Assembly: GCF_004010195.1 (NCBI RefSeq)
Contig: NC_057719.1
Location: 90,927,550 to 90,973,382 of the forward strand
Reading direction: 5' to 3'
Length of the DNA: 45,833 bases
Source of the DNA: Chiloscyllium plagiosum
Lineage: Eukaryota
Both the position numbers and the translations under genes were made by a program. The notes below the pieces were generated by a model that saw only the letters and a list, made by a program, of their open reading frames with translations, was not told where the DNA came from and did not search any database. Below, piece by piece: positions 23,424 through 34,274 of the stretch. Numbering within the stretch: the first letter of the stretch is position 1; every line of letters starts with the position of its first letter.

Positions 23424-24812
23424 GGAGAAAGTAAGGACTGAAGATGCTGGAGAGTCAGAGTTGAAAGTGTGGTGCTAGAAAAGCACAGGTCAGGCAGCAT
23501 CTGGGAAGCAGGAGAATCAACATTTTGGGCAGAAGTCCTTCTTCAGGAATGTGGAGGGGAAAAGGGGGCTGAGAGCAAGCCAAGTGGGAAGGCAGAGGGG
23601 AGATAATTGTGATAGGTCGATGGGTGAACAGGTGGAAGGAAGATGGACAGATTAAGAGGGCAGTGTCCAGTCGGAGGGTTGGATGTGGGATGAGGTGGGT
23701 GGAGGGGAGATTTGGAAACTGGTGAAGTCGATGTTGGTTGGAGGGTCCCAAGGTGGAAGATAGGGTGTCCTTCCTCTAGTTGGCAGGTGAGTTTGGTTTG
23801 GCGGTGGAGGGAGCCAGGACTTGCATGTCACTGGGGGAGGGGGAGTTGAAGTGGTTGGTCACAGGGCGGTGGGATGGTTTGGTGAGCGAATCTCCTTGCT
23901 AGTTGGCTTCCTGTCTCCCTCATGTAGAAGAGAACACACCAAGAATAATAGATGCAGTAGATGAGATGGGTGGATTTGCAGGAAAATCTCCATTGGATTC
24001 GAAATTATCCTTTAGGGCCTTGGACAGAGATGAGGGCACAGGTTTTACACCTCGTGTGTTGGCAAGGAAAGGTGCTGGGTGTGGAGGGGGTTGTGAGCCT
24101 AACAAGGGAGTCACAGAGAGAAACTCCCCTATGTACGTTCCATTGAGATCATTCCCTCCACATCTCCTTCGTTAGGTCCACGCGCCCAAACCAACCCACC
24201 CCATCTACTGCGTCCATTGCTCTCAATGTGGTCTCTTTTATATTGGGGAGACAGGACACCACTTGCGGTGCAGTTCAGGGCACATGTCTGGCACACACGC
24301 ACTAAACAACCCCACCGCCATTTGGCGGAACACTTCAACTCCCCCTCCCACTCTGCTGAGGACATGCAAGTCCTGGGCCTCGCCCACTGCCAAACTCTAG
24401 CCACACAACACCTGGAGGAAGAACGCCTCATCTTCTGCATTGGAACCCTCCAATCACATGGAATTAATGTCAGTTTCACCACTTTCCTCATTTCCTCTCC
24501 CCCCCGCCCCCATCTTATCCCAGATCCAACCTCCCAACTCCGCACTACCCTTTTGAACTGTCCTACCTGTCTATCTTCCTTCCCACCTATTCGCTCCACC
24601 CTCCTCTCTGACCTATCACCATTACACCCCACCTTCATCTAATTATCGCATTCCCAACTACCTTCCTCCCAACCCCATCCCAGACCCTCTTCCCCCATTT
24701 ATCTCTCAGCGCCCTTGAGACACTCCTTCGTTCCTGATGAAGAGCCCATGCTCGAAACATCAACTCTCCTGCTCCTCAGACACTGCCTGTTATCCAGCAC
24801 CACACTTTTCAA
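23424..24812. mobile_element. Penelope-like element with large inverted duplication (minus half ~23424-24128, plus half ~24130-24812)
   Basis: Plus half: tgctctcaatgtggtctctttta tattggggagacagga (GIY-YIG CGLxYIGET) and LAEHFNSPSHS...LEEERLIFCIGTLQSHGIN; the left half is its reverse complement; both end in terminal-repeat/hammerhead sequence. Confidence 0.9.
24731..24765 (+). ncRNA. Hammerhead ribozyme motif, partly decayed, with variant stem II
   Basis: UUC-CUGAUGA-A-GAGC-CCAU-GCUC-GAAA-CAUC: intact core, stem II GAGC/GCUC; stem III and stem I weakened. Confidence 0.55.
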
Positions 24813-24916
24813 TATGGATGGTAATGGAATAGTATAAGTCAGATGGGCTTCAGATAGGTTTCACAGGTCAGTGCAACATTGAGTGCCAAAGGGCTTGCAC
24901 TGCGCTATGTTCTATG
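24813..24916 (+). mobile_element. LINE 3' tail fragment
   Basis: ggtcagtgcaacattgagtgccaaagggcttgcactgcgctatgttctatg. Confidence 0.65.
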
Positions 24917-25199
24917 AATGCACAATGCCAGACTCTGCAAGTAATCAGTTCCAGACACTGGTTTAAACCTTAAACAAATAACATTGCAACTTATTGATGT
25001 AACAACTTTAGCAGAGTAAAATTAAACAAATTATCCTTCAAACTCAAAAAACCTTTCTTTTAAGCCCCATTCACACAAACAAACAGGGTTGTGGGAAAAA
25101 TAAAAAATAAAAACTGGCCAGATTTCTTAATAGTTTTCATGATATATTGTTCCACAGGCATAGATGATGGTTCTTTGGTTGATTATCTGAAGATGTCGG

Positions 25200-25409
25200 A
25201 AGGAGAAAGTGAGGACTGCAGATGCTGGAGATCAGAGTCAAGAATGCGGTGCTGGAAAAGCACATCAGATCAGGCAGCATCCGAGGAGCTTGAGAATCGA
25301 TGTTTCAGGCATAAGCCCTCCGTGATGAAGGGCTTAAGCCTGAAACGCCGATTCTCCTGCTCCTCGGATACTGCCTGACCTGATGTGCTTTTCCAGCACC
25401 ACAGTCTCG
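25200..25409. mobile_element. Palindromic non-autonomous PLE-derived element
   Basis: Inverted arms centred at ~25322; 13-bp TSD tatctgaagatgt (25184-25196 / 25410-25422); hammerhead core mutated (gtgatga; GCC triplet). Confidence 0.88.
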
Positions 25410-25785
25410 TATCTGAAGATGTTGATCAGGGTTACCTTTACAGTTCATTCAGATAAAGGCAGCAATACTTAGAACTTAGTTTTCAATTCTCAGAATTTCC
25501 AAGAACTTTTCATGGGGGATTAAGTGGAGAGTTCTCAAATTTTCATGCTGTCACATAAACTGCCAGATTCCTCTTTATTGTTACAGAAAATCAATTCAAA
25601 CTCTGGCCACTCCCTGACAAATTAACCAGCTCCTCCACAGGTCTCGGTTAGCATTCAAACATCTCCATCTGCTTCAGCACAAAATGAAAAAAGACCAAAC
25701 AAGCTTTTGTTTATTCATGAGGCCAGGCCTGGCAGTTTATTGCAGGTTGGTTCCTGATCTGCTGATGCTTCATCAGCAGGGAAAA

Positions 25786-26089
25786 TTAGATTAGATTACT
25801 TACAGTGTGGAAACAGGCCCTTCGGCCCAACAAGTCCACACCGCCCCGCCAAAACGAAACCCACCCATACCCCTACATTTACCCCTTACCTAACACTCCG
25901 GGCAATTTAGCATGGCCAATTCACCTGACCTGCACATCTTTGGACTGTGGGAGGAAACCGGAGCACCCGGAGGAAACCCACGCAGACACGGGGAGAACGT
26001 GCAAACTCCACACAGTCAGTCGCCTGAGGCGGGAATTGAACCCGGGTCTCTGGCGCTGTGAGGCAGCAGTGCTAACCACTGTGCCGCCC
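25786..26089 (-). mobile_element. HE1-type SINE, near full length
   Basis: Same head, core and tail as 17676-17989; tail gtaagtaatctaatctaa. Confidence 0.93.
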
Positions 26090-26169
26090 ACAGTAGTGAG
26101 GTCAGTATCTGGGAATTGGTTCCAGCAAGCCTGGAAAGCCCTGATTTGCCTTTCCAAAAAGGAACACCT

Positions 26170-29100
26170 CACATTTATCTAAATTAAACTCCATCTGCCA
26201 CTCTTTGGCCCATTGACCCATCTGATCAAGATCCTATTGTACTCTGAGGTAACCTTCTTCGTTGTCCACTACACCTTCAATTTTGGTGTTATCTGCAAAC
26301 TTACTAAGAATATACCTCCAATGTTCACATCTAAATCATTTATATAAATGACAAAAAGCAGTGGATCCAGCAGCAATCCTTGTGGCACTCCACTGGTCAC
26401 AGGCCTCCAGTATGAAAGACAATCCTCCACCAACACCCTCTGTCTTCTCCCTTTGAGCCAGTTCTGTATCCAAATGGTTAGCTCTCCCTGTATTCCACGT
26501 GATCTAACCTTGCTAACCAGTCTACCATGAGGAACCTTGTTGAACGCCTTACTTAAATCCAGGTAGATCACACCCACCCCTCTCTGCCTTCATCAATCCT
26601 CTTCATTACTTCTTCAAAAAACTTCAATCAGGTTCGTGAGACATAATTTCCCTCACACAAAGCCATGTTGACTATCCTTAATCAGTCCTTGCTTTTCCAC
26701 GTCTGGGTGTGATCTGTACGGATTTAAGTAAGGCATTCTTTTCACCCTAACAGGGTGAACTCTCTAGACTCTCGTTATCTCATTTCTGAAGGCTTCCATT
26801 TTCCAGCCATCCCTTTACCTTCAAACATCCGCACCCAATCAACTTTTGAAAGTTCTTGCCTAATACCATCAAAATTGACCTTCTTCCCATTTAGAACTTC
26901 AACTTTTAGATCTGGTCTATCTTTTTCCATCACTATTTTAAAACTAATAGAATTATAGTCGCTGGCCCCAAAGTGCTTCCCCACTGACACCTCAGTCACC
27001 TTATTTCCCAAGAGTAGGTCAAGTTTTGCACCTTCTCTAGTAGGTACATCCACATACTGAATCAGAAAGTTTTCTTGTACACACTTAAATTCCTGTCCAT
27101 TTGAACCCTTAATACAATGGCAGTCCTGTTTTACGTTTGAAAAGTTAAAATCCCCTACCATAACCATCCTATTATTCTTACAGATAACTGAAATCTCTTT
27201 ACAAATTTGTTTCTCAATTTCCCAGGGAGGACTATAATACAATCCCATAAGATGATCATCCCTTTCTTATTTCTCAGTTCCACACAAATAACCTCCCTGA
27301 ATGTATTCCCAGGAGTATTCTCCCTTAGTACAGCCATAATAGCATCCCTTACCAAAAATGCCACCTCCCCCTGCTCTCTTGCCGTATTTCCTATCTTTCC
27401 TGTAGTATTTGTATCCTGGAACATTAAGCTGCCAGTCCTGTCCATCCCTGAGCCACATCTTTGTAATAGCTATGATATCCTAGTCCCATATTCCTAGCCA
27501 TGCCCTGAGTTCATCTGCCTTCTCTACTGGGTCTCTTGCATTGAAATAAATGCAGTTTAATTTATCAGTCCTATCTCGTTCTCTGCTTTGTTCTTGCCTG
27601 CCCTGACTGTTTGATTCACTCCTTTTCCCAAGTGTACAGTCTCAGATTGATCTCTCTTCTCAGTATCTCCCTGGGTCCCACCCCCCCCAACCACATCGCC
27701 CTCAACCCCCCCCAAACTTACTAGTTTCAGTCCTCCCAAGCAGCTCTAGCAAATCTCCCTGGTAGTATATTATAGCCCCCTTCCAACTTTGGTGCAATTC
27801 ATCCTTCTTGTACAGGTCACTTTTACCCCAGAACAGATTCCAATGGTCCAGAAATGGGAACCCTTCTCCCTGCACCAGCTCCTCAGCTGCATATTCATCT
27901 GCTCAATCCTCTTATTCCTACCCTCACCACCTCGTAGCATTGGGAGAAATCCAGATATTACTATCCTCAAGGAACTCCTTTATAATTCCTGCCTGTTTAT
28001 ATTCTCCCTTCAGAATCTCATCATTTTCCTTTCCAACATTATTAGTTCCAATATGCACAATGTACTCCTGCTGGTTCCTTTCCCCTTTGAGAACATTCTG
28101 TACCCTTTCAGAGATATCCTTGATTCTGGCACCAAGGGAGGCAACATACCCCGCTAATTTCTCACGGCTGTGCCTCCCATTAGAGTCCCCTATAACAACT
28201 GATCGCTTGGAACCGGACGTACCCTTTGTTACAAGAGAGCCATTCTCAGTACCAGAACCTTGGCTGTTTGTGCTACACTCCACTGAGAGCCCATCACCCC
28301 AAAATTTTTGAAACAGCATACTTGTTTGAGATAGGGATAACCTAACTACCTCCCTATACCACCTTTTTTGCAGGTAACCCAACTATCTTGGGCGACTGGG
28401 CAGAGTTTGCACATTCTCCCTGTATCTGTGTGGATTTCCTCCGGGTGCTCCAGTTTCCTCTCTCAGTCCAAAGATGTACAGATTATGTGAATTGGCCATG
28501 CTAAATTGCCCATGGTGTTTGGGGATGTGTAGGTTAGGGGCATTGATCAGTGGAAATGTGAAGTAATAGGGTAAGAGAATGGGTCTGGGTGGGATATTCT
28601 TCGAAGGGTCGGTGTGGACTTGTTGGGCCAAATGGCCTGTTTCCAGACTGTAGGGATTCTATGATACCCAACTGTATTTGTGGTTTTTCTCCCTTTCTAT
28701 ACCTGCCATCCATCACATCACTAGCTCCTGTAAATTCCTCACTGCCTCTAACTGCCACTCCAACTGATCCATGCAATTTGATAGAATTCGCAACCAACCA
28801 CATTTACTGCCAACACAATCATCAGCAACATAAAAGCTCTCCCTAATCTCTCACATCTGACAGGAAGAGTACATCACTTTAATAAAGGCCATCTTTGCCT
28901 CTTAATCTACAGACCGAGAAAATAGCACCATCTTATTGTTCTAAAAAGCACTGCTCCAGGCTAACTTTGTACCTATGCTTTATCTTTTTAAAATTTAATC
29001 AAAAGACAGATATCAATAAAACATATAATCAAAAGTGAACCTACTCTACTCACTGTGGCAGATTTACAACAATGTTATACTTAAAAACTATGCACTTAGC

Positions 29101-29500
29101 TTCTCCCATGCTGTGAGCTCTCCCATACAGGTTCCTCCAAGGTCAGCTGTGAATTTCGCTATTTGTTAATTTTTTTTTCTAGACGGGCTCCGATCTCCAG
29201 AGATACTTGAACTCAAACAGCAAAGGCAGCAAATGTGCAGATTCACTGCTATGTCCGACAGCAGTATCACCTTCTTTCTCTGGCCATGTGGTCTCTGCCT
29301 TTGTCTGTCTTCCTCCTTTTTGAAGTGCTGTTGTTTTGATTGCTTTTCTCTCCTCAAAGTTCCAATACAATGCAACAGCATATAAAACAGTAATTGCTGC
29401 ACATGGAATTCAAGGAAATCACCTCCAAAATCTAAAATACCTCAAAAAAGGAGTAGCTCTTACAGCCACATTTTTTTCCCATCCTCCATCTTGGATTACC
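26170..29500 (-). mobile_element. Long CR1/HER1-type LINE retaining the 5' region, esterase-like ORF1, APE and part of RT; internally deleted
   Basis: ORF1: VVIGDS...VHIGTNNV...IVISGFLP (27770-28382); APE: WLRDGQDWQLNVPGY and VGDFNF...LDLLLGN...[26 protein letters not shown]...SGVPQG (26269-26577). Confidence 0.9.
28385..28665 (+). mobile_element. 5'-truncated HE1-type SINE nested in LINE ORF1
   Basis: Core gagtttgcacattctccc...gtgaattggccatgctaaattgccc, tail tagggattctatgat; 8-bp TSD acccaact (28377-28384 / 28666-28673). Confidence 0.9.
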
Positions 29501-30233
29501 TTGATAAAAAGAACAAGCTAAAAGTAATGAAAAACCAACAAAGGTTCTACCAATAGCTATACTTAGAAGTGTGCACTGACACTTTAAATTGCTTTACACA
29601 AATAAAGTAATAAGTAGAATGGAGTAGCTAAAAAGGTCAAGTGAGGGAATATTCACAGGAAAGAAAATTGAGGTGCGAGGTTGAACAACTGAAAGGCATT
29701 AGATTTTGGAAGCATATGGTCACTTTCTCAAGTGCAAGCAAGAGTCCAACATGTATAGAATTAGGTTAAGATGTGAGGTCATCAGCATTAAAGAATATGC
29801 TGATAAATGTTTTTATTCCTTTCTGTGCACCATCTTCAGTCTCGTGCAGAGTATGGGTCCTGAACAACCAAGTGGCCTTATCTCAGTCAACTATTCTGTG
29901 GAAACTTTAATGAATTGGCAGGCTATTCTGCCACACCCAATACAGTTTTCATACAACATCTTGCACAGACTGTATACTGCACTGGCTAATTAGTCGCTCT
30001 CCACCCCAGTATTATTCCAAAGGTCCAACATTACTAAACACATTGACAATCAAATAACAACCATCTGCACTGAATGATTTTGCATTGCATAGCTTTTACC
30101 AGAGACATGGAGACCTCATACCAATCTGATAATAAAACAGTAACTTTAAAGGAAATTTCAACTATGAACTGAACAGCACTTCAGTGAAGCAGTGGAAAAA
30201 GAACATTCAACACCTGCTTCACATATGACTTAC

Positions 30234-30314
30234 CAATCCTTGGTCTGATACTTTTATTTCAAATCCATCAACATTCTCTTCATTGAAGAACATTTCTTCA
30301 GGAACTGCTGGAAT
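30234..30314 (-). CDS. CDAN1: Codanin-1 internal exon (~exon 16), IPAVPEEMFFNEENVDGFEIKVSDQGL
   Basis: Acceptor tattttcttag, donor TTG|gtaagt; 81 nt, phase 0/0; similar to human IPTVPEDLFF...GL (recalled). Confidence 0.9.
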
Positions 30315-30343
30315 CTAAGAAAATATCAACAATGAAGTTGAAA

Positions 30344-30412
30344 ATGTGAATTATCTATGAATATGTGAATTATACATGTGAATTATCTATGAAAATGTGA
30401 ATTATACATGTG
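30344..30412. repeat. 32-bp tandem duplication
   Basis: atgtgaattatctatgaaWatgtgaattatac x2 plus atgtg. Confidence 0.85.
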
Positions 30413-30755
30413 TCATAGCATACTATTTTCAATGGTCAGTTCAACCCCTTTTTTTTTCCCATGGACCCAAATCTCTGAAGCTAGATATGCAAAGATTTTG
30501 GAACTGGTCATTTCTTTTAGTCACCGACAAGGAATCTGAGTTCATGGACTCCTCTTAGTCAGCACAAATCCATTAAATTAAAGAGTTCAGTAAAATATCA
30601 TACTAGGGAGCTTTTTGAGGTGTGCTGTTGAGATAAACAAGGCACTGAATCTGAGCACATTTATTGGGTAGTGATTCCTCCTTTCTGATTCATCTGCAAT
30701 ACCTCTCTTTACTGAAGACATTGCCAGACAAAGGGGCAGTGCTCAGAAGTTTTGT

Positions 30756-31080
30756 CTGAGGTACTGAGGGAGCACTTTCTGAGGTATTAATGGAGCACTT
30801 TCTGAGGTATTGAGGGAGAACTACCTGAGGTATTGAGGGAGCACTTTCTGAGGTACTGAGGAAGCACTATCTGAGGTATTGAGGGAGAACTATCTGAGGA
30901 ATTGAACGAGCACTTTCAGAGGTTTTGAGGGAGAACTATCTGAAGTATTGAAGGAGAACTATCATAGGTATTGAGGGAGCTCTCTCTGAGGTATTGAGGG
31001 TGCACTATCTGTGGTATTGAGGAAGCACTTTCTGAGGTATTGAGGAAGCACTTTCTGAGGTATTGAGGTAGCACTACCTG
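30756..31080. repeat. 23-bp minisatellite, about 14 units
   Basis: Consensus CTGAGGTATTGAGGGAGCACTWT repeated contiguously with scattered substitutions. Confidence 0.92.
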
Positions 31081-31084
31081 CACA

Positions 31085-31315
31085 CAAATAGGTATAAGTC
31101 AGATGTTAGGGGTAGGTTCTTTACTCAGCGAGTCGTGAGTTCATGGAATGCCCTGCCAGTAGCAGTGGTGGACTCTCCCTCATTATGGGCATTTAAGCGG
31201 GCATTGGATAGGCATATGGAGGATAGTGGGCTAGTGTAGGTTAGGTGGGCTTGGATCGGCGTAACATCGAGGGCCGAAAGGCCTGTACTGCGCTGTATTC
31301 TTCTATGCTCTATGT
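31085..31315 (+). mobile_element. CR1/HER1 LINE 3' tail, followed by a short second-family PLE fragment (~31320-31365)
   Basis: tggaatgccctgccagtagcagtggtgga...gagggccgaaaggcctgtactgcgctgtattcttctatg; then aataaacctgttggactata. Confidence 0.8.
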
Positions 31316-31788
31316 TTTCAAATAAACCTGTTGGACTATAATCTTGTTGTCAGGTGACTTTAGACCTTCTCTTTATTAAAGGGAGAAAGACATTTCTGAC
31401 TGCTTGTTTCAGAAACTTCTCGAAGCTAAGATATTCAGGTTGAGGAAGACAGTATTCTTTCTTTTCACACTTACAATTCATTCTTGAGTAGGCCTACATT
31501 TATTGCCCATCTCCAGTGATCCTTAAGAATAGGTTTGTGAGCTGTCTTTCTGAAGTACTTCTGCGTGGTTCAGGTCCTCCCACAGTACCATTTGGGAAAA
31601 ATAGTCACAATAAACAAAACCTAAAGCAAAGGTTGGCACCTTCAACAATCTCTACCAACACACTACAAAATTTACGTTCTACAAACAAGTCAAGCATTTG
31701 AAGAGTCCATTAACTTAAATCCATGAACTGCAGTTTTCAAACTCAAAATCTCAAACTCAATCTTGTTTAACATTTGATAAGTACTTGC

Positions 31789-31870
31789 CTGGAAAAGCCA
31801 CCCCAATACAGCAAGAATCAGCAGCTTGTTCAGGAAACTGTCATTTTGCTCACTTGTTAGAACCAAGGAT
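31789..31870 (-). CDS. CDAN1: Codanin-1 internal exon (~exon 15), (R)SLVLTSEQNDSFLNKLLILAVLGWLFQ
   Basis: Acceptor ttcatcaaacag, GC-type donor CAG|gcaagt; 82 nt, phase 2 to 0; FLNKLLxLAVLGWLFQ motif. Confidence 0.93.
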
Positions 31871-32149
31871 CTGTTTGATGAACCACAGAGTAAGGCCATT
31901 TTAACTAAAATATAAACAAATGTGCAGATACCCTTCTCTCTTTTTGAAACTATTGCACTGTCAAATGTACTAATTAATCATTTGTTAACCAAATGGTCAC
32001 TAGAACAAGTTCTTGGGTTGAAAATTGTATTTTCTTTTAAACTTACTAATGTGTTCAGACATGTTATGACACAATTCTGGAGCAGGTGGGATTTACTTTA
32101 CTCTCAGGGCATTTTCATCGTCATTCATTTATATACAGCGCTCTTATGA

Positions 32150-33205
32150 CCATAGAGGTCTACAACACAGAAAGAGGCCAATCACAATTATGCTGGTCAA
32201 AAACTACCATCTAACTATTCTAATCACATCTTCTAGCACTTGGCACATAGCTCTATGTCTTAGCATCTCAAGTGCACACTAAATACTTCAAAAATGTTAT
32301 GAGGATTTCTGCCTCTACCATCCTTACAGGCAATGAGTTCTAGATTTCCACCACCTTCCGGGTGAAAAAAAAGATTTCCTCACATCTCCTCTAAGCCTTC
32401 TGTTTCTTACCCTAAATCTATTCCACCTGGTTACTGATCTCTCCATCAAGAGGAAAAGTTTATTCCTATCTACCCTATCTATGCCGTTTTGGCGGCAGAA
32501 TAAGCTGCTCCAGCTGGGATCCTCTGCTTTGCCCATTCTTTTTCTTATTTTTTTCCTCTTTGGTTTCTCCTTCTCAGTGTTCGCTTTTCAACTTTTGATT
32601 TGAACTTACCCAAAGTGCAGCACAGGGAGTGGGTGCTGGAGCAGAGGCCAGCACGGGGTGGGGGGGAAGACAGTCCCGGAGAAAACGTTGTTTGGAAGAG
32701 CTGACAGCCAGTGCAGGGCGGAACGAAGGCTTAGAGCGAAGCAAGGACAGTTGTTGGACTGGGGTCTGGCATGGGCAATCAGACCATGTGGGGAAGCGCC
32801 TGTGCTGAACTACTGCAATATCTATTTGAAATTTGTTTATCTGACTGTAACGTCGATCCTTTTAACTAAGTATACTGAATCACTATAAAGTAATGCAACT
32901 ACTTTTCTTTTTTTTCCCTTTTCGATATCTAAGAGTACTTGTGTACTCTGTACCTAAGATGGTACCATATGAGGTAACATTGTAAACTCTCCACTGTATC
33001 CCAGTACTTAAGTACACATAAAGGATATTCTATTCAATTCATAATTTTATATATCCCAATCATGTTCCCTCTCAATCTCTGCTGCTCTAAGGAAAAAAAA
33101 ATCCCTGTCTGTCAAATTTCTTTTCATAACTGAAACTCTTCAACCCAAGCAACGTGCTGGTTAATCTCCTCTTCACCCTCTCCAGTGCTATCACATCCCT
33201 CCTAG
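32150..33205 (-). mobile_element. CR1-like LINE 3' fragment split by an unrelated ~550-bp insertion (~32486-33040)
   Basis: DRVDRNKLFLLMERSVTRWNRFRVR (32324-32480) continues as RDVIALERVKRRLTSTLLGL (33087-33205). Confidence 0.75.
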
Positions 33206-33639
33206 CAATGTTGTAGCATTTAAGATCAGCGTGTTTGTTGACAGGACTTTTATTATCAAAGTTAGCTAACCAGAGCGTCACAAAATATAAAAACCACAGA
33301 GTTAAAACCTGAGGTGGATACAAAGAGGGAACAGCCACATTTCCAAAACTGGTAACAGATTAATAAATTATGACACAGTATCCCCTATTTTACTGGTACC
33401 TGATTTAAAGAATAGTTCCACTGAGGCAGGTGTCCTGACTATTTCACAACTTCATCAGACTAACCAGCTATCATCTTATCACTGACTGTGTGCCTTGACT
33501 GATAAACTGCTACATTTGCCTAATTCCTGGCTGTTAAACTGAAGGAATTATTCAGCAGTGAAGCATGCAAGAAGTCCTGAGGCTGTGAAAAGTACAAAAG
33601 AACATTTATTCTTTGTTTTTAATGGATGGTAAGGTGATT

Positions 33640-34270
33640 TTAGGAGGACTAACAAGACAATGGAGTACACATTTTGAATTATATGACCCTAGTACGTACA
33701 GAGGATCAAAGAGACTTCAGTGACCAATTCCACAAATCCTTGAAAACAGCAGGGCAGGGAGATAAAGTAGTTAAGGCGGCATATGAAACACTTGCCTTTA
33801 TTAGTTGAGGTATTCAAGAGCAAGGGAGTTTTAATAGAGTTGTACATAATATTACGCGATAGCTAGAGTACTATGTGCAATTTGGTCATCACATTGTTGG
33901 AATGATATGACTGCGCTGGAGAGGATGCAGAAGCAATTCACTAGGATGGTGCTGGGCTGGAATAATTCAGTTACGAAGAGAGATTTTATGGGCTCTACTG
34001 ACTCCTTAGAGCATAGGAAGTCAACGGGGATCTGATTGAGGTGTGCAAAATTCTGATGGACACAGATACGCTAATTACGAATAATCTTTTCCCCTTGTAG
34101 ATGAATCAATACCAGGGCACACAGTTTTAAGGTAAGGAGGTGAAAGAATCTTTCACCCAGAGGGATGCAGATATCTGGAGCTCTCTGGCTTAAGGGTAGT
34201 AGAGGTAGGAACCTTTAGACATCGAAGAATTATTTAGATGAAGACTTCAAACACAGTAGCATATAAACTC
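33640..34270 (+). mobile_element. Decayed CR1 LINE 3' fragment
   Basis: ctagagtactatgtgcaatttggtc (LEYCVQFW-like); ctggagaggatgcagaagcaattcactaggatg. Confidence 0.75.
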
Positions 34271-34274
34271 TCCT

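Noticed and set aside
30756..31080. Possible CRISPR-like array
   Set aside because: Units are contiguous with no unique spacers, there are no cas genes, and the context is a vertebrate intron.
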